Shown here piece after piece: positions 1 to 10,096 of a stretch of DNA of 64,000 nt (positions are counted from its first letter, which is position 1; each line of letters opens with the position of its first letter). Under the pieces are notes generated by a model that worked only from the letters and a program-made list of their open reading frames with translations, was not told the DNA's origin and ran no database searches. The stretch lies in the NCBI GenBank assembly GCA_026415615.1, contig JAOAGT010000001.1, forward strand, positions 421,455 through 485,454, in the 5' to 3' direction. A program made the position numbers and the translations under genes. This DNA is from Thermoleophilia bacterium. GTDB lineage: Bacteria > Actinomycetota > Thermoleophilia > RBG-16-64-13.

Positions 1-404
1 CTCTCCGGCACCTCGGAATGACCACTGCCTGGCTGCGGCTGCCATTCAGCGGCCTGGACGATGGCCACCATGGCCATTCCATTTGTTTCGGGGAGCAAAG
101 CTACGTGGGTACATGCCTGGCGCAGGCTTCCGTCGCCAAGCAGGTAGTCGAGGTTATGAGTACCCTCTGGAAGGAGAACACCGTTAGTGGGAAGCTCGCC
201 TTTGTGGGCAAGATAAGAGACAAACGGAGTACCGACGAGTTGTCCTTGTGGAATTCTTAGGTAATCGCTGAACGCTTTGTTGACGTAAACAAAAACACCA
301 GCAGGCGAGACTATAGCAGTGGGAGTTGGATGTAGCTCCAACACAGCCGCCGCCACATCAAAAGAGGCATCATCCCGTCCGGAGGTCAGGCCTTTGACTG
401 GCAT
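1..404 (-). CDS. PAS domain protein, 5' part only (gene continues beyond the window start)
   Basis: Minus-strand ATG at 404..402 opens a reading frame with no stop to position 1. It translates MPVKGLTSGRDDASFDVAAAVLELHPTPTAIVSPAGVFVYVNKAFSDYLRIPQGQLVGTPF..., a PAS-like sensory fold. The start lies about 30 nt downstream of the hybrid kinase stop (372..370), so it is probably co-transcribed. The ORF track omits it because it has no stop inside the window. Confidence 0.5.
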   Translation of the reverse strand, partial: MPVKGLTSGRDDASFDVAAAVLELHPTPTAIVSPAGVFVYVNKAFSDYLRIPQGQLVGTPFVSYLAHKGELPTNGVLLPEGTHNLDYLLGDGSLRQACTHVALLPETNGMAMVAIVQAAEWQPQPGSGHSEVPE

Positions 405-2418
405 GGCGTTTGTGCCTTAACGTCTCTTGCACGACGCGGGCAAGAGCGGATGCTTCCACCGGCTTAATGAGATAAGCATCTGCCGACAGCTCCCCCGGCT
501 TCCCGCTGATCACTTGGTCGCTGTACCCAGTGCAAAGGATTATCGCCACGCTGGGATCGCGTTCGCGGATTTTCCGGGCAAGGTCATCTCCAGTCATTTC
601 TGGCATAGACACGTCGATCAAAGCAAGATCGAAGTGGCGCGAGCCTTCGTCGATCAGACAAAGCGCCTCCCGGGCGCTGTTTGCCGTGAGTACCTCGTAA
701 CCCAGCCCACCGAGCAGCTCCTGTTGGAGTTTCGTAAAAGCGGGCTCGTCGTCGACCACTAAAATGGTCTCGTGCCCATGCGATTGGGTGGGAGTTTCTC
801 CGGATCCGGATGACTCAACGGGCACCTCTTCTGAAAGCGGCAGGTAGACGCTCACGGTGTTTCCTTTTGCTTGGCTGGAGGTGACCGTAACAAATCCCTG
901 ATGACTTCTTACAATCCCTAGAGTCGCCGCCAGACCTAGATTTCGGCCTCGTCCTCTTCGGTGGGGATCGTAATATGGATCAAAAAGCCGCCCTCTTGAT
1001 TCCTCACTGAGTGGCTGGGCGTTGTCGACTACGGCCAGCACAACGTATTCGCCGGGAGCGGTCTCGTGGAGGCGGGCTTCGTTGTCGTCCACCGTGACAC
1101 GCCTGAGGATGACGCTTATCTGTCCATCTTGCTGACGTTCCACCGCGGCAAGAGCATTGGCACACAGATTGACGACAACCTGCTTTATTTGCCCGGCATC
1201 TGCAAAAACCAGTGTCGGAGCTGTCAGCAGATCTTGAGTGAGCTTCACGTTTTCAGGTACTGAACGGCGGAACAGCCGAATGGCCTCGCTCACAACCGGG
1301 CCAACGTCAACCAGCGTTCGCTGCGTGGGGCGTCGACCCGTAAAAGTGAGTAACTCTCCGGTCACCTCGCTTGCTCTAAGCGCAGCCTGCCTGATCTCTT
1401 CAAGGTTTGAGCGATTTGGATCGTCTTCGGCCATGGCCTGCAGGGTAAGTTCAGCGAAGCCAAGAATTATGGAAAGCATGTTGTTAAAGTCATGAGCTAC
1501 ACCCCCGGCAAGAAGCGTTATGGCCTCTGACTTCTGAGCGGCCCAAAACCGCTGCTCGGCTCTGCGGAGCGCTTGCTCCATCTGCCGCTGGACAGTGATA
1601 TCACGGCCCTGAAACAGGGCGCTCGCGCCCTCGCCCAAATTGACGAGGGGTCGCACACTTATCTCAAGGAGTATTTCTCTGCCCTGGGTAGTCTTAAACC
1701 GCGCCTCGAAGGGCCCGCTGCTGGTCTCATTGGTGCAAGCGCGAGCAAGGGCTTTGCTCAAGACGCCTTTGTGCTCTGGCGAGACAAAATCGAGAAAGTT
1801 AGTACCTAGCAGCTCTGCTGGCGCTATTTCCAAAAGACCGGCTGCACTGGGATTGGCTAACTCCACCAGACCATCTAGGGACAACACTACAAGTGCGTCT
1901 GAGGTGCTCTCAAATACGCTTCGGAACCGGCGCTCTTTGGCAGCAATTTGCTCTTCAGAGCGCTTAAGCTCTGAAACTAGTCTAAGCAGCTCCTCTTCTC
2001 GGCTGTAACGCTCGGTAACATCCTCGATAATGACAACCGCGCCCTGAACTAGGCCGTCTTGCTGTAACGGTAGGATGCGTGTGGTTTGAAGCATCTCCCG
2101 AGTTCCCTCTCCAGGCACTTCGGTTAAGAGGGGGATCAAGTACCGGTGAAAACGGTGGGAGAGCACTTGCGCCTCCCCAGCCAGGGCGCGTCTCAGATAC
2201 TTCATGCGGGTTTCGTTTTGGAGTCCGGGAAGCACCTGAAGGAGCGGTTTTCCCAATGCTTCCTCGGGGGGCACACCGGTCTTGTCTGCTAGCCAACGAT
2301 TCCAGACCAGCACACGTAGGTTCTGGTCTACGGCGAAGATCCCCAGATCTAGGTAATCGCAAAGCCGCCAAACCGGGAAGGGCGTGTCGTGAGCGGATGT
2401 TGCTGTCCTAGCTACCAT
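370..2418 (-). CDS. Hybrid sensor histidine kinase / response regulator (PAS-PAS-HisKA-HATPase_c-REC)
   Basis: 682 aa. Two N-terminal PAS-like segments, an H-box (VAHDFNNMLSIILGFAEL), HATPase G-boxes, and a C-terminal receiver domain (ILVVDDEPAF...DLALIDVSMPEMTGDDL...ILCTGY). The start overlaps the cheC stop. Confidence 0.85.
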   Translation of the reverse strand: MVARTATSAHDTPFPVWRLCDYLDLGIFAVDQNLRVLVWNRWLADKTGVPPEEALGKPLLQVLPGLQNETRMKYLRRALAGEAQVLSHRFHRYLIPLLTEVPGEGTREMLQTTRILPLQQDGLVQGAVVIIEDVTERYSREEELLRLVSELKRSEEQIAAKERRFRSVFESTSDALVVLSLDGLVELANPSAAGLLEIAPAELLGTNFLDFVSPEHKGVLSKALARACTNETSSGPFEARFKTTQGREILLEISVRPLVNLGEGASALFQGRDITVQRQMEQALRRAEQRFWAAQKSEAITLLAGGVAHDFNNMLSIILGFAELTLQAMAEDDPNRSNLEEIRQAALRASEVTGELLTFTGRRPTQRTLVDVGPVVSEAIRLFRRSVPENVKLTQDLLTAPTLVFADAGQIKQVVVNLCANALAAVERQQDGQISVILRRVTVDDNEARLHETAPGEYVVLAVVDNAQPLSEESRGRLFDPYYDPHRRGRGRNLGLAATLGIVRSHQGFVTVTSSQAKGNTVSVYLPLSEEVPVESSGSGETPTQSHGHETILVVDDEPAFTKLQQELLGGLGYEVLTANSAREALCLIDEGSRHFDLALIDVSMPEMTGDDLARKIRERDPSVAIILCTGYSDQVISGKPGELSADAYLIKPVEASALARVVQETLRHKRHASQRPDLRTG

Positions 2419-3020
2419 CTTAGACCTTCGATGGCTGCGAGAAGTCTTTCAAGTGAGGAGACTCCCAGGACCAAGATCATGTACCCACCCACCGATCCGT
2501 GGAGCAAGCTAAAGTTTGTGGCTATCACTAAAGCGTATCTTAGTTCTTGGCTTTCGATCACAAGCGATTCAAGCAACGCCTGTACAGCCTCTATTTTGAG
2601 CCAAGGTACGGAGAAGCTTATGCTCATGTCTAGCATGTTGCTGAAAGTACCAAGGCATGCGTTAAGGAGGATATTGCCTACTTCGGTGAGTACCTCTCGC
2701 TCTGATTCTCCCAACCGCGGAGGCAGGACCCCGGAATCGGTGAGAAGCGAGCACAGGTGTCTGGCTCCCTCCGTGTCAACCATCAAAAGAGCATCTCCAG
2801 CGACGGGTCCAGAGAAGATCTGGTGCACCGTCACTACCTCGCCTGAGATCATGCCGGAAAAAGTACTCTCCAGGTCTTCTATGGCGCACAACGAGACGCG
2901 GGGGACCTCGAGAACCACTCGTCGACCTGTCAGCTCCGAAAGAGAGGCGGCGGCTCGACCGAAAGCTATGTTTATAAGCTCTACGAGACTATCTCGCTCT
3001 TTCTCGCTAAGTAGGGTCAT
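2412..3020 (-). CDS. cheC: CheC-family chemotaxis phosphatase
   Basis: 202 aa with the two duplicated CheC motifs ELINIAFGRAAASLSEL and EVGNILLNACLGTFSNML (compare B. subtilis CheC EVGNIGAGHAATALS / EVGNILTASFLTAVS). Confidence 0.8.
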   Translation of the reverse strand: MTLLSEKERDSLVELINIAFGRAAASLSELTGRRVVLEVPRVSLCAIEDLESTFSGMISGEVVTVHQIFSGPVAGDALLMVDTEGARHLCSLLTDSGVLPPRLGESEREVLTEVGNILLNACLGTFSNMLDMSISFSVPWLKIEAVQALLESLVIESQELRYALVIATNFSLLHGSVGGYMILVLGVSSLERLLAAIEGLRW

Positions 3021-3400
3021 CTTGAGACCTCCGGCTGGGCGGCTTCGCCTAGCTGGTCATGAAGCGCTCGTAATACAGACTCCCGCTGGAAAGGTTTTGT
3101 AACGAAGCCTGCCGCTCCTGCTTCCCGAGTTACTTGTACGCTGCTTTTCTGAATATCCGCAGTAGCTATGATGATTCTTGCGCTTGGGTCAAGCTCTCGC
3201 AAACGTGAGAGGACCTCGATGCCTCGCATCCCACTCATGATCAGATCAAGAAACACCACCTGCGGTTTGTGCAAGTAATATTGCTCGATTGCACTCATAC
3301 CGTCGGAGGCTTCGATGACCTCGTGCCCTTCGGGCTCGATGATGCTGCGCAAGATCTTTCGGGAAAATGCGGAATCATCCACTATGAGGACCCGGGCCAT
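3017..3400 (-). CDS. cheY: Chemotaxis response regulator CheY
   Basis: 127-aa stand-alone receiver (LIVDDSAFSRKIL...FLDLIMSGMRGIEVL...TKPF) with strong CheY similarity. ATGA overlap with cheB. Confidence 0.85.
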   Translation of the reverse strand: MARVLIVDDSAFSRKILRSIIEPEGHEVIEASDGMSAIEQYYLHKPQVVFLDLIMSGMRGIEVLSRLRELDPSARIIIATADIQKSSVQVTREAGAAGFVTKPFQRESVLRALHDQLGEAAQPEVSR

Positions 3401-4476
3401 TAAATCACCTCCAGAATCGCTGCCGCCATTTGGTCAAGGGGAACAACTCTGTCGCTAAGACCAGCCTCCTCCACCGCGCGAGGCATGCCATAAATGACAC
3501 TGGTTTCCTTGGCTTCGCTAAAGACCAACCCTCCTGCCGCTTTTATTTCACGCGCTCCCTTTGCTCCATCGTTCCCCATTCCGGTCATTACTATGCCAAG
3601 GAGGCGCTCGCCATAAACCTTTGCAGCAGAGGAGAACATGACGTCAATCGACGGGCGGTGTAGCGAGTCAACCGGCCGGGTGTCAAGGTGCGCCCTGATC
3701 GATCCGTCGGGGGCGCGTCGAAAGGTGAGATGTTTCCCAGCGGGAGCGATGTAGACGGTTCCGGGTACGAGCGGTTCTCCCTGAGCCGCTTCTTTGACTT
3801 CAAGCGGCACTGCCGCGTTTAGACTTCGTGCGTAAAGCTCGGTATATCCCACCGGCATGTGAAGTACTACGGCAATTGGGACTGATATGGTTGGGGGGAG
3901 GGCCGAAAGGACGTGTTTGAGCGCCTGAGGTCCCCCGGTGGAAAGCCCAATAGCCACCAAATCGATTGTGCCCTTAGGTCGAGCGGGTGTAGGGGCTGGT
4001 CGAGCCGGAGTTCTTGCCGCCACAGCGAGTTTGTCAAGAGAAGCATTAACTGCACTTCGTACTGCCTGAGCTAATCTCTCTGCCACCTCGTACATCCGCT
4101 CGGAGGCCAGGGCTGTTGGTTTCTGCACAAGCTCGACAGCTCCAGCTTCAAGAGCGGCAAGGGCTGTGTCCCCACTCTCACTGGCGATACTCAACACTAC
4201 TACAGGGATCGGCTTCCGACGCATTTGCTCTTTTAGAAACTGGATGCCGTCCATGCGTGGCATGATGAGATCCAGGGTTACCACGTCTGGTTGCAACTGT
4301 TCCACCCGGGCAAGAGCGTCCTCCCCATCTACGGCTGTACCAACAACCTCGACGTCTGGACAGGAATTCAGGATCTCGCGGACCACTTTGCGCACATATG
4401 CTGAGTCGTCCACCACTAGAACCCGAATCTTACCCTTACCGCTGTTTGACGCAGGAGTGTTGAGCTGCAGATTCAT
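3400..4476 (-). CDS. cheB: Protein-glutamate methylesterase CheB (REC + methylesterase)
   Basis: 358 aa. N-terminal REC (IRVLVVDDSAYVRKVV) and C-terminal CheB methylesterase domain (GLSTGGPQALKHVLSALP...HMPVGYTE...GMGNDGAKG). Confidence 0.85.
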   Translation of the reverse strand: MNLQLNTPASNSGKGKIRVLVVDDSAYVRKVVREILNSCPDVEVVGTAVDGEDALARVEQLQPDVVTLDLIMPRMDGIQFLKEQMRRKPIPVVVLSIASESGDTALAALEAGAVELVQKPTALASERMYEVAERLAQAVRSAVNASLDKLAVAARTPARPAPTPARPKGTIDLVAIGLSTGGPQALKHVLSALPPTISVPIAVVLHMPVGYTELYARSLNAAVPLEVKEAAQGEPLVPGTVYIAPAGKHLTFRRAPDGSIRAHLDTRPVDSLHRPSIDVMFSSAAKVYGERLLGIVMTGMGNDGAKGAREIKAAGGLVFSEAKETSVIYGMPRAVEEAGLSDRVVPLDQMAAAILEVI

Positions 4477-5327
4477 GATGATGTCCCTCCCTCACGCTTG
4501 ACATACGCAAACGCGTTCCCAATCATCTGAAACTCAAAGCCGGTTTCCAGTCTGAGCAGCGACTCAGCAGCACCGAGAAAAAGGTATCCGGGGGCCGGCA
4601 TGTGTTGGTAAAGGTTCTGGGCGATCTGTGCCACTGTCTCCTTCGAGAAGTAGATAAACACGTTGCGGCAAAAAACAATGGGAGACGCGTACTTACGGAC
4701 TACCTCCGGGTCTAACAGGTTCGCCTTTTCCCAGGAAATGACTCGCTGCAGTTGGGGGTCTACCCGCCAACCATCGGTCTCCTGGAGAAAGTACTTCTCT
4801 TTGAGCTCCGGTGGCAAGAATCGGAATGCTCTCTCACCATAGACCCCGGCCTTCGCGCGCTCAAGCGCGCGGCTACTTACGTCGGTAGCCACGATTTCGA
4901 CTCGTTTGGGATCAAGCAGTCCCGCTTCGCTCATGGCCATGGCAATCGACAAGGGCTCTTCGCCTGTGGAGCAGGCTGCGCTCCATATCCTAAGTTTTTT
5001 GCCCGGAAATCGCGAAAAGTAATCTGGAGCAATTTGGTTTGCCACTACGAGAATCTGATCAACTTCGCGCCAGAAGAATGTTTCGTTTACGGTCAGGGCG
5101 TCGGCTACCCGGTCCCATTCTTCGGCCGCTCGTTTTTCGTCGTAGCGAAGGAGGTAGTAGTAATCAAGGAGCGAGGGAAGACCCCGTGCCGTTACCAAGG
5201 GGGCTAGACGGTCGACAAGATAGTCGGTCTTGCCATCGTCAAAGTACAGTCCCAAACGGGCCTGTATGAGGTCGCGTAAGATGGCGACTACTTCGGGAAT
5301 CGCACTGTGTGAGCGCGTGGAGTGCAT
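4473..5327 (-). CDS. cheR: Chemotaxis protein methyltransferase CheR
   Basis: 284 aa, SAM-dependent CheR fold (FFWREVDQI...IWSAACSTGEEPLSIAM...FCRNVFIYF). Confidence 0.85.
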   Translation of the reverse strand: MHSTRSHSAIPEVVAILRDLIQARLGLYFDDGKTDYLVDRLAPLVTARGLPSLLDYYYLLRYDEKRAAEEWDRVADALTVNETFFWREVDQILVVANQIAPDYFSRFPGKKLRIWSAACSTGEEPLSIAMAMSEAGLLDPKRVEIVATDVSSRALERAKAGVYGERAFRFLPPELKEKYFLQETDGWRVDPQLQRVISWEKANLLDPEVVRKYASPIVFCRNVFIYFSKETVAQIAQNLYQHMPAPGYLFLGAAESLLRLETGFEFQMIGNAFAYVKREGGTSS

Positions 5328-5339
5328 TGCGCAACTCCC

Positions 5340-7994
5340 TCAGGTATGGACTAACCGTCTTGCGGCGGCGCGCACGCGTGGATCAGGATCAAACTTTTGT
5401 AGTTTCTCAAGGATTGTTTGCTCCACGGCGCTACCGAGAAGCTCAGATAGGCGAAGGGTACCTAGTCTCACGACGGCGTCGCTGTCGGCCAGACCCGCAA
5501 GAGCTTGCTTTGTTGTCTCCGGATGTTTCATTCGCAATAGCGCTTCTACCGCGGTCAATCTGGCTGCTGAGTGAGGATGGTGGACTCCTACGCTTAGCCC
5601 CGGGGCACTTCTTGGGGTCAGGCTTACCAGGGCCTGCACAACCTTTCTGCGGAGAACAGGGTCGACAGATAGAGCAAGCAGAGCCCAGACAGATTCGCTA
5701 CTTCCCAGACGGGCAAGAGTCTGAAGAGCAGCGTCGGTGATGTCCTCGTCTTCCTCTGTCGCAGCCAGGTTAGTGAGCAAGGCTGTGGTCTTGAGGCTCG
5801 GGAACCCTGCAAGTGCGTTGATTGCTGTCACGCGGCTCCGTTTCTCCCCGCGATCGACTAGCCGGTGCAGCTCTTTCTCGGCTGCCGGTGCTGCTGAGCG
5901 ACCAAGTGCGCGAATGGCTGCCGCTTGCACATCGGTTTCGGGTGAATTTGCCAGGGCGACAATAACTTCCAATGAAGCCGCCACTCCCTCTCTGGTGAGC
6001 GCGTCTAGGGCTGCCGCTCGTACTGGGGGGGCAGGGTCGGACTGAGCCGCGCTCAACAGAAGCGCTGTGAAACTTGGATCACGCTTGCGTTCGAGAGAGC
6101 GGCAAGCATAGTAGCGCACCCACATATCTGGGTCTTTGAGAAGCTCGGCAAGTTGTTGACTGATACGTGGTGCCTCGATGTGTGCAGATGCGCGTGTCGC
6201 AGCCGCTCGCACCAACGGGCTAGGGTCGGCAAAAGCTTTAAGCAAACAGTCAATGATCTGCTCCTCTGTGAGAACAGCATCCTGAAAAGGAAGATGCTCT
6301 ACGGCCGCCGCCCGCACAAAATCCTCCGGGTCCTCTGTTCGTGCGAGGAGCAGCGGCACCAAGGTAGTAAACCCAAAATAGCCCGCAATTCTCACTGCCG
6401 ATTCGCGTACCACAGGGTTAGCATCCTCTAGACTCGCCCTTACGCGCTCTTCAGTCTCAGGGTGGCCTAGAGAGTTGATGGCTCCGATAACGGCCTCACG
6501 CACGTCGGCGTCGGCATGACCGATCTGGGAGTAGAGCCCTTCGAAGGCAGATCGGTCCCCAATCTTGGCAAGAGAGTCAGCTGCCACTGCCGCCAGAGCA
6601 GGGTCGCTGGTTAGCACCGTAAGCAAGGTTTCAACCCCGCCTGTGTCGCCAAGCCTTCCCAAAGCGACAACTGCAGCTCGTCTCACTTCTTCGTTCTCAT
6701 GGCGGACTTGATCTCGAATGAGCGACAGCAGACGCCCGCCAGTGCGGCTCAGGCGACTAATCACGGTAGGCGTTGCTTTGCCTCTACCAATAAAGTCAGC
6801 CAGGGCCTGGTCGGCTTCGCTGTCTTGTAGCCAAGTCAAAACAACCGCGATTGCCTCGGCAAGTTCGGCTGTTTCCTCTGTTTGCAGCGCTGTTATCAAC
6901 CTCTCCTTTGCTGCCGGACTCACGCTTTGAGCTACCAGACTTCGGACTTGCTCACCCTCTCCCCAGGTGTTCTCGTATCGCTCCCAAAGACGGACAAGGG
7001 CGCGGGCCACAAGTGAAGTGGAGTCGGGTGCGTTCTCAAGCAGGGCCACAATAGGAATGACAGCTTCGGCCGAGCCTACCTCGGCTAGGACCTCAAGAGC
7101 TTCTTCACGGAAAAGATCGCTGTCTAGGAGCTTAGTCATTGACTCAAAAGCTGCTGGGCTACCGATGTTTCTCAGCGCCTCAAGAGCAACAAACGATAGG
7201 TAAAAGTCATCCGTAGCCGCTATCTCACTAAGTGGCTCAACCGCTTCAGTGGCTCTAAGCCGGCCAAGCGCCTCGATCACGTGATATCTGACGTTGGCGT
7301 CAGAGTCCTCCAACGCCTCTATTAAATCGGGGACCGCTCGAGGATCTTCCCTTTCCGCCAGAACCATGGCGGCATGCATGCGTACCTCAGGGCGGGGATC
7401 CTTTAGTCGCTCGAGAAGCAGAGGCACTACGTCTATGTCGGTTGTGGCCAGTGCAGACACTGCAGAACCTAGGGCGGCTGGGTCGGGATGTTCTGTCTCA
7501 ATGGTGTCCAGAAACGAGGCAACCCGGTTTTCTTGGAGCAGACTGCCTACTTGCTGATCTTCCAGGGGGTGTAGAACCCTTCGAGCTGTTAGCCCGGACT
7601 CCTCTACCAGATTTCGGATGACAATGGCGGCTCCCGTAATGTCCTCTTTTCCTACGGGGAAGATGGTGAGCTCTTGTCGGGCGAGACCGACGGTCGTTTG
7701 TGGGTCGCTAGCCCGAGGGGGAGAACACATGAACCCGTGGGCAGGCAAGGCAAGTACCTGAATAGTTCCCAGGGTAAGTGTTTCTCTCAGTGCCGCAACT
7801 ACGGCGGGCTCTACATCTGGCACAAGGTCCGTAAGAACCCGGCCGCAAGCCTCGGCTGCCGACATCCCGTATGCGCTTTCGAGATCGCTGTCCCAGTGAG
7901 TGATAACCAAATTTGTGTCGACGGCGAGCAGCCCTATTAGAGCCGAGCTTGGCTCCATACCACCGAAGTCCAGATGTTTAGGTGAGTGCTTCAT
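5340..7994 (-). CDS. PAS-like + HEAT-repeat (PBS-lyase-type) protein embedded in the che operon; Cpc7-like
   Basis: 884 aa. The N-terminal roughly 150 aa are PAS-like (LVITHWDSDLESAYGMSAAEA...GAAIVIRNLVEE). The rest is at least 15 HEAT/PBS-lyase-like repeats (DANVRYHVIEALGRL, EVRRAAVVALGRLGD, VRAAAIRALGRS, VRAAALDALTRE...). It sits between the MCP and cheR genes. Confidence 0.7.
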   Translation of the reverse strand: MKHSPKHLDFGGMEPSSALIGLLAVDTNLVITHWDSDLESAYGMSAAEACGRVLTDLVPDVEPAVVAALRETLTLGTIQVLALPAHGFMCSPPRASDPQTTVGLARQELTIFPVGKEDITGAAIVIRNLVEESGLTARRVLHPLEDQQVGSLLQENRVASFLDTIETEHPDPAALGSAVSALATTDIDVVPLLLERLKDPRPEVRMHAAMVLAEREDPRAVPDLIEALEDSDANVRYHVIEALGRLRATEAVEPLSEIAATDDFYLSFVALEALRNIGSPAAFESMTKLLDSDLFREEALEVLAEVGSAEAVIPIVALLENAPDSTSLVARALVRLWERYENTWGEGEQVRSLVAQSVSPAAKERLITALQTEETAELAEAIAVVLTWLQDSEADQALADFIGRGKATPTVISRLSRTGGRLLSLIRDQVRHENEEVRRAAVVALGRLGDTGGVETLLTVLTSDPALAAVAADSLAKIGDRSAFEGLYSQIGHADADVREAVIGAINSLGHPETEERVRASLEDANPVVRESAVRIAGYFGFTTLVPLLLARTEDPEDFVRAAAVEHLPFQDAVLTEEQIIDCLLKAFADPSPLVRAAATRASAHIEAPRISQQLAELLKDPDMWVRYYACRSLERKRDPSFTALLLSAAQSDPAPPVRAAALDALTREGVAASLEVIVALANSPETDVQAAAIRALGRSAAPAAEKELHRLVDRGEKRSRVTAINALAGFPSLKTTALLTNLAATEEDEDITDAALQTLARLGSSESVWALLALSVDPVLRRKVVQALVSLTPRSAPGLSVGVHHPHSAARLTAVEALLRMKHPETTKQALAGLADSDAVVRLGTLRLSELLGSAVEQTILEKLQKFDPDPRVRAAARRLVHT

Positions 7995-8009
7995 ACGGCC
8001 TATCGCCGG

Positions 8010-10061
8010 TTACGCAAGTTCCGCTGCGATCTCAGAAAGCTGATCAGCCGTTTCCACCAACTGCTTTGCGATTGCACGAGTTCTCTCAGAGCCAGTGAGA
8101 TTTTGCTTGGTTACCTCGCCGATTTCGGCGAAGTGCTTGGTTAGCTCTTCTGCCGCTTCCGAGTTCTCCTTGAGAGACTGTGTTATGGTCCTTATTTCTT
8201 GGCTGATCGAATCCACGGCGGTCGAGATTTCCTTCACGGCTCGAGTCTGCTCGAAGCTTGCCTTGGCCACGGCATCGATTTCTTTGCGCATCTGATCTAC
8301 GCTTTGCGCGATCTGCTTGATTGCGGATGCTTGCTCTTCCATGGCTTTATTGAGCGCAGCATTGGTGGCGGTTATGCCATCCATCTCGGAGGCGATGCTT
8401 TCGATTGCGTTGCCTTGTTCGGCAAGGGTCGCCGCTGTTCGTGTCGCTCCCGCCTGGATTGAGGCAAAGATCTTGCGGATTTCCTCCGCTGCGGCTGCCT
8501 GCTGGGAAGTGGCCTGACGCAGCTGCTCAGCCATACGGGCTACGTCCTGGGCTGCTTTTGCAATCTCCTGGGCTGCACGCGATTGCTCTTCTACCGCCTT
8601 GGTTACTTCTGCTGAGGCTCTGCGCACGCTTGCGTTGGAGCGGGTCAGCTGTTCCGCAGCAGCGGCCTGTTGCGCCATGGCTGCGGAGATCTCCCGGGCC
8701 TGTTCTGCCGTGCGAGAGACAGCCTCAAGCACGCGCTGGCCCGCGACCAGCTGCTCCTGGGTCGAGCTGGAAATCTGCTCGACAAACTGGGCCGACTGTT
8801 CCACCGCATTCATAATGCGGCGCAGGCCACCAACGGCCGACTCCGCAAGGCGTGTGCCTTCGTCGGCAACCTGCTGCCCGGCCCTTGTTACTTCGACAGC
8901 GTCTTGGACCGCTTCTTGAAGAGCACGGACTATGGCCGCTATGTCGGCAGTGGCCTGAGCAGACCTTTCTGCCAAGTTGCGGATTTCCTCTGCTACCACA
9001 GCAAAGCCGCGCCCAGCCTCGCCTGCTCTAGCTGCCTCTATAGAAGCGTTGAGCGAAAGCAGGTTGGTCCGCTCGGCCATTAGATTAATAGTCTCCACTA
9101 TCTCGCCGATGGCCGAGGCTCTTCGTCCAGCTTCGTTAACCACAGAGGCAGAGCGGTCAATAGACTCTTTCACGCGTGTTATCGCAGAAATACTCTCCTG
9201 CACCAAGCGGGCGCCCTCCTCCGCGTCTCCGGCGGCCTTGTGGCTCACGTCGCTTGCCTGGCGGGCAAGTTCAGCTACAGCGTGCACAACCCGATCCATT
9301 TCCGTCGCCGAGCCGGCAGCCTCAGCGGACTGCTCAGCAATGTGTTGAGCGCTCTGGGCAACGCTTCTTACCGAGTGAGACAGCTCCTCGGCAGCGCTGG
9401 CGGCGTCTTCAACGTTTGAAGTTAGTCCTCGGGAAATCCCACTGACCTGCTCGATTGAGGCCGCCATCTCGTTTATAGAAGAAAGTGTCTCCGCGGCGGC
9501 GGTGGATAGCGTGTCTGCCATACTTGACACTTCTTCAAACGAGCGCGCCATTTCCTCAACAGAGGCGGTGGTCTCGGTAATCGCGGAGGAAAGCTGGTCG
9601 GTATCCTCGGTCATGCTTGTTACACCGGCAGCCGTGCTACGCAGAGCTTGATTCACTTCTTCGACCGCCTTGGACATCTGTTGCGACATGTCCACCACAG
9701 CGGATATTGACTGGGCGACCTCCTGGGCGGACGTTGCCGTCTCGTCTACGGCAGAAGCGATCTCCCCCATGTTACTAGCGAGACCTTCGAAGGAAGCAGT
9801 CAGCTCCGCTGCAGAAACCGAGATTCTCCCAGCAGCGTCCGAAACAGCGGCCGCCCGAGTGCTTGAATCTCGGAAAGAAGCTGAAGCCTCTGCGACCACT
9901 CCCGAGGTCTTCTGCAGGGTCTCCAACTGTCTTTGAGCTCCCGCAGCTACGTTGTCCGTCTCGGAGGCGACACTATCTGCATGAACCTTTACTTGCTCTG
10001 CCTGGCTGCGTACCTTCTGTGCCAGAGTTCGCACGCGTCTTACTTTGGGAAAGAGCGCCAT
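8010..10061 (-). CDS. Soluble (cytoplasmic) methyl-accepting chemotaxis protein, hairpin-only
   Basis: 683 aa with no hydrophobic or TM segment. The highly conserved MCP signalling tip [34 protein letters not shown] lies near the middle (about residues 330-360), flanked by long Ala/Glu/Ser-rich heptad coiled-coil arms on both sides. Confidence 0.85.
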   Translation of the reverse strand: MALFPKVRRVRTLAQKVRSQAEQVKVHADSVASETDNVAAGAQRQLETLQKTSGVVAEASASFRDSSTRAAAVSDAAGRISVSAAELTASFEGLASNMGEIASAVDETATSAQEVAQSISAVVDMSQQMSKAVEEVNQALRSTAAGVTSMTEDTDQLSSAITETTASVEEMARSFEEVSSMADTLSTAAAETLSSINEMAASIEQVSGISRGLTSNVEDAASAAEELSHSVRSVAQSAQHIAEQSAEAAGSATEMDRVVHAVAELARQASDVSHKAAGDAEEGARLVQESISAITRVKESIDRSASVVNEAGRRASAIGEIVETINLMAERTNLLSLNASIEAARAGEAGRGFAVVAEEIRNLAERSAQATADIAAIVRALQEAVQDAVEVTRAGQQVADEGTRLAESAVGGLRRIMNAVEQSAQFVEQISSSTQEQLVAGQRVLEAVSRTAEQAREISAAMAQQAAAAEQLTRSNASVRRASAEVTKAVEEQSRAAQEIAKAAQDVARMAEQLRQATSQQAAAAEEIRKIFASIQAGATRTAATLAEQGNAIESIASEMDGITATNAALNKAMEEQASAIKQIAQSVDQMRKEIDAVAKASFEQTRAVKEISTAVDSISQEIRTITQSLKENSEAAEELTKHFAEIGEVTKQNLTGSERTRAIAKQLVETADQLSEIAAELA

Positions 10062-10096
10062 GTTGGGACCTCCTTGGAGAGCGTAAACAACCTACA

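Noticed and set aside
18-260. 80-aa plus-strand ORF at the window start
   Set aside because: Fully overlapped by a minus-strand open frame (1..404) that encodes a PAS-like domain and continues the che operon. The plus ORF has no RBS or domain features.
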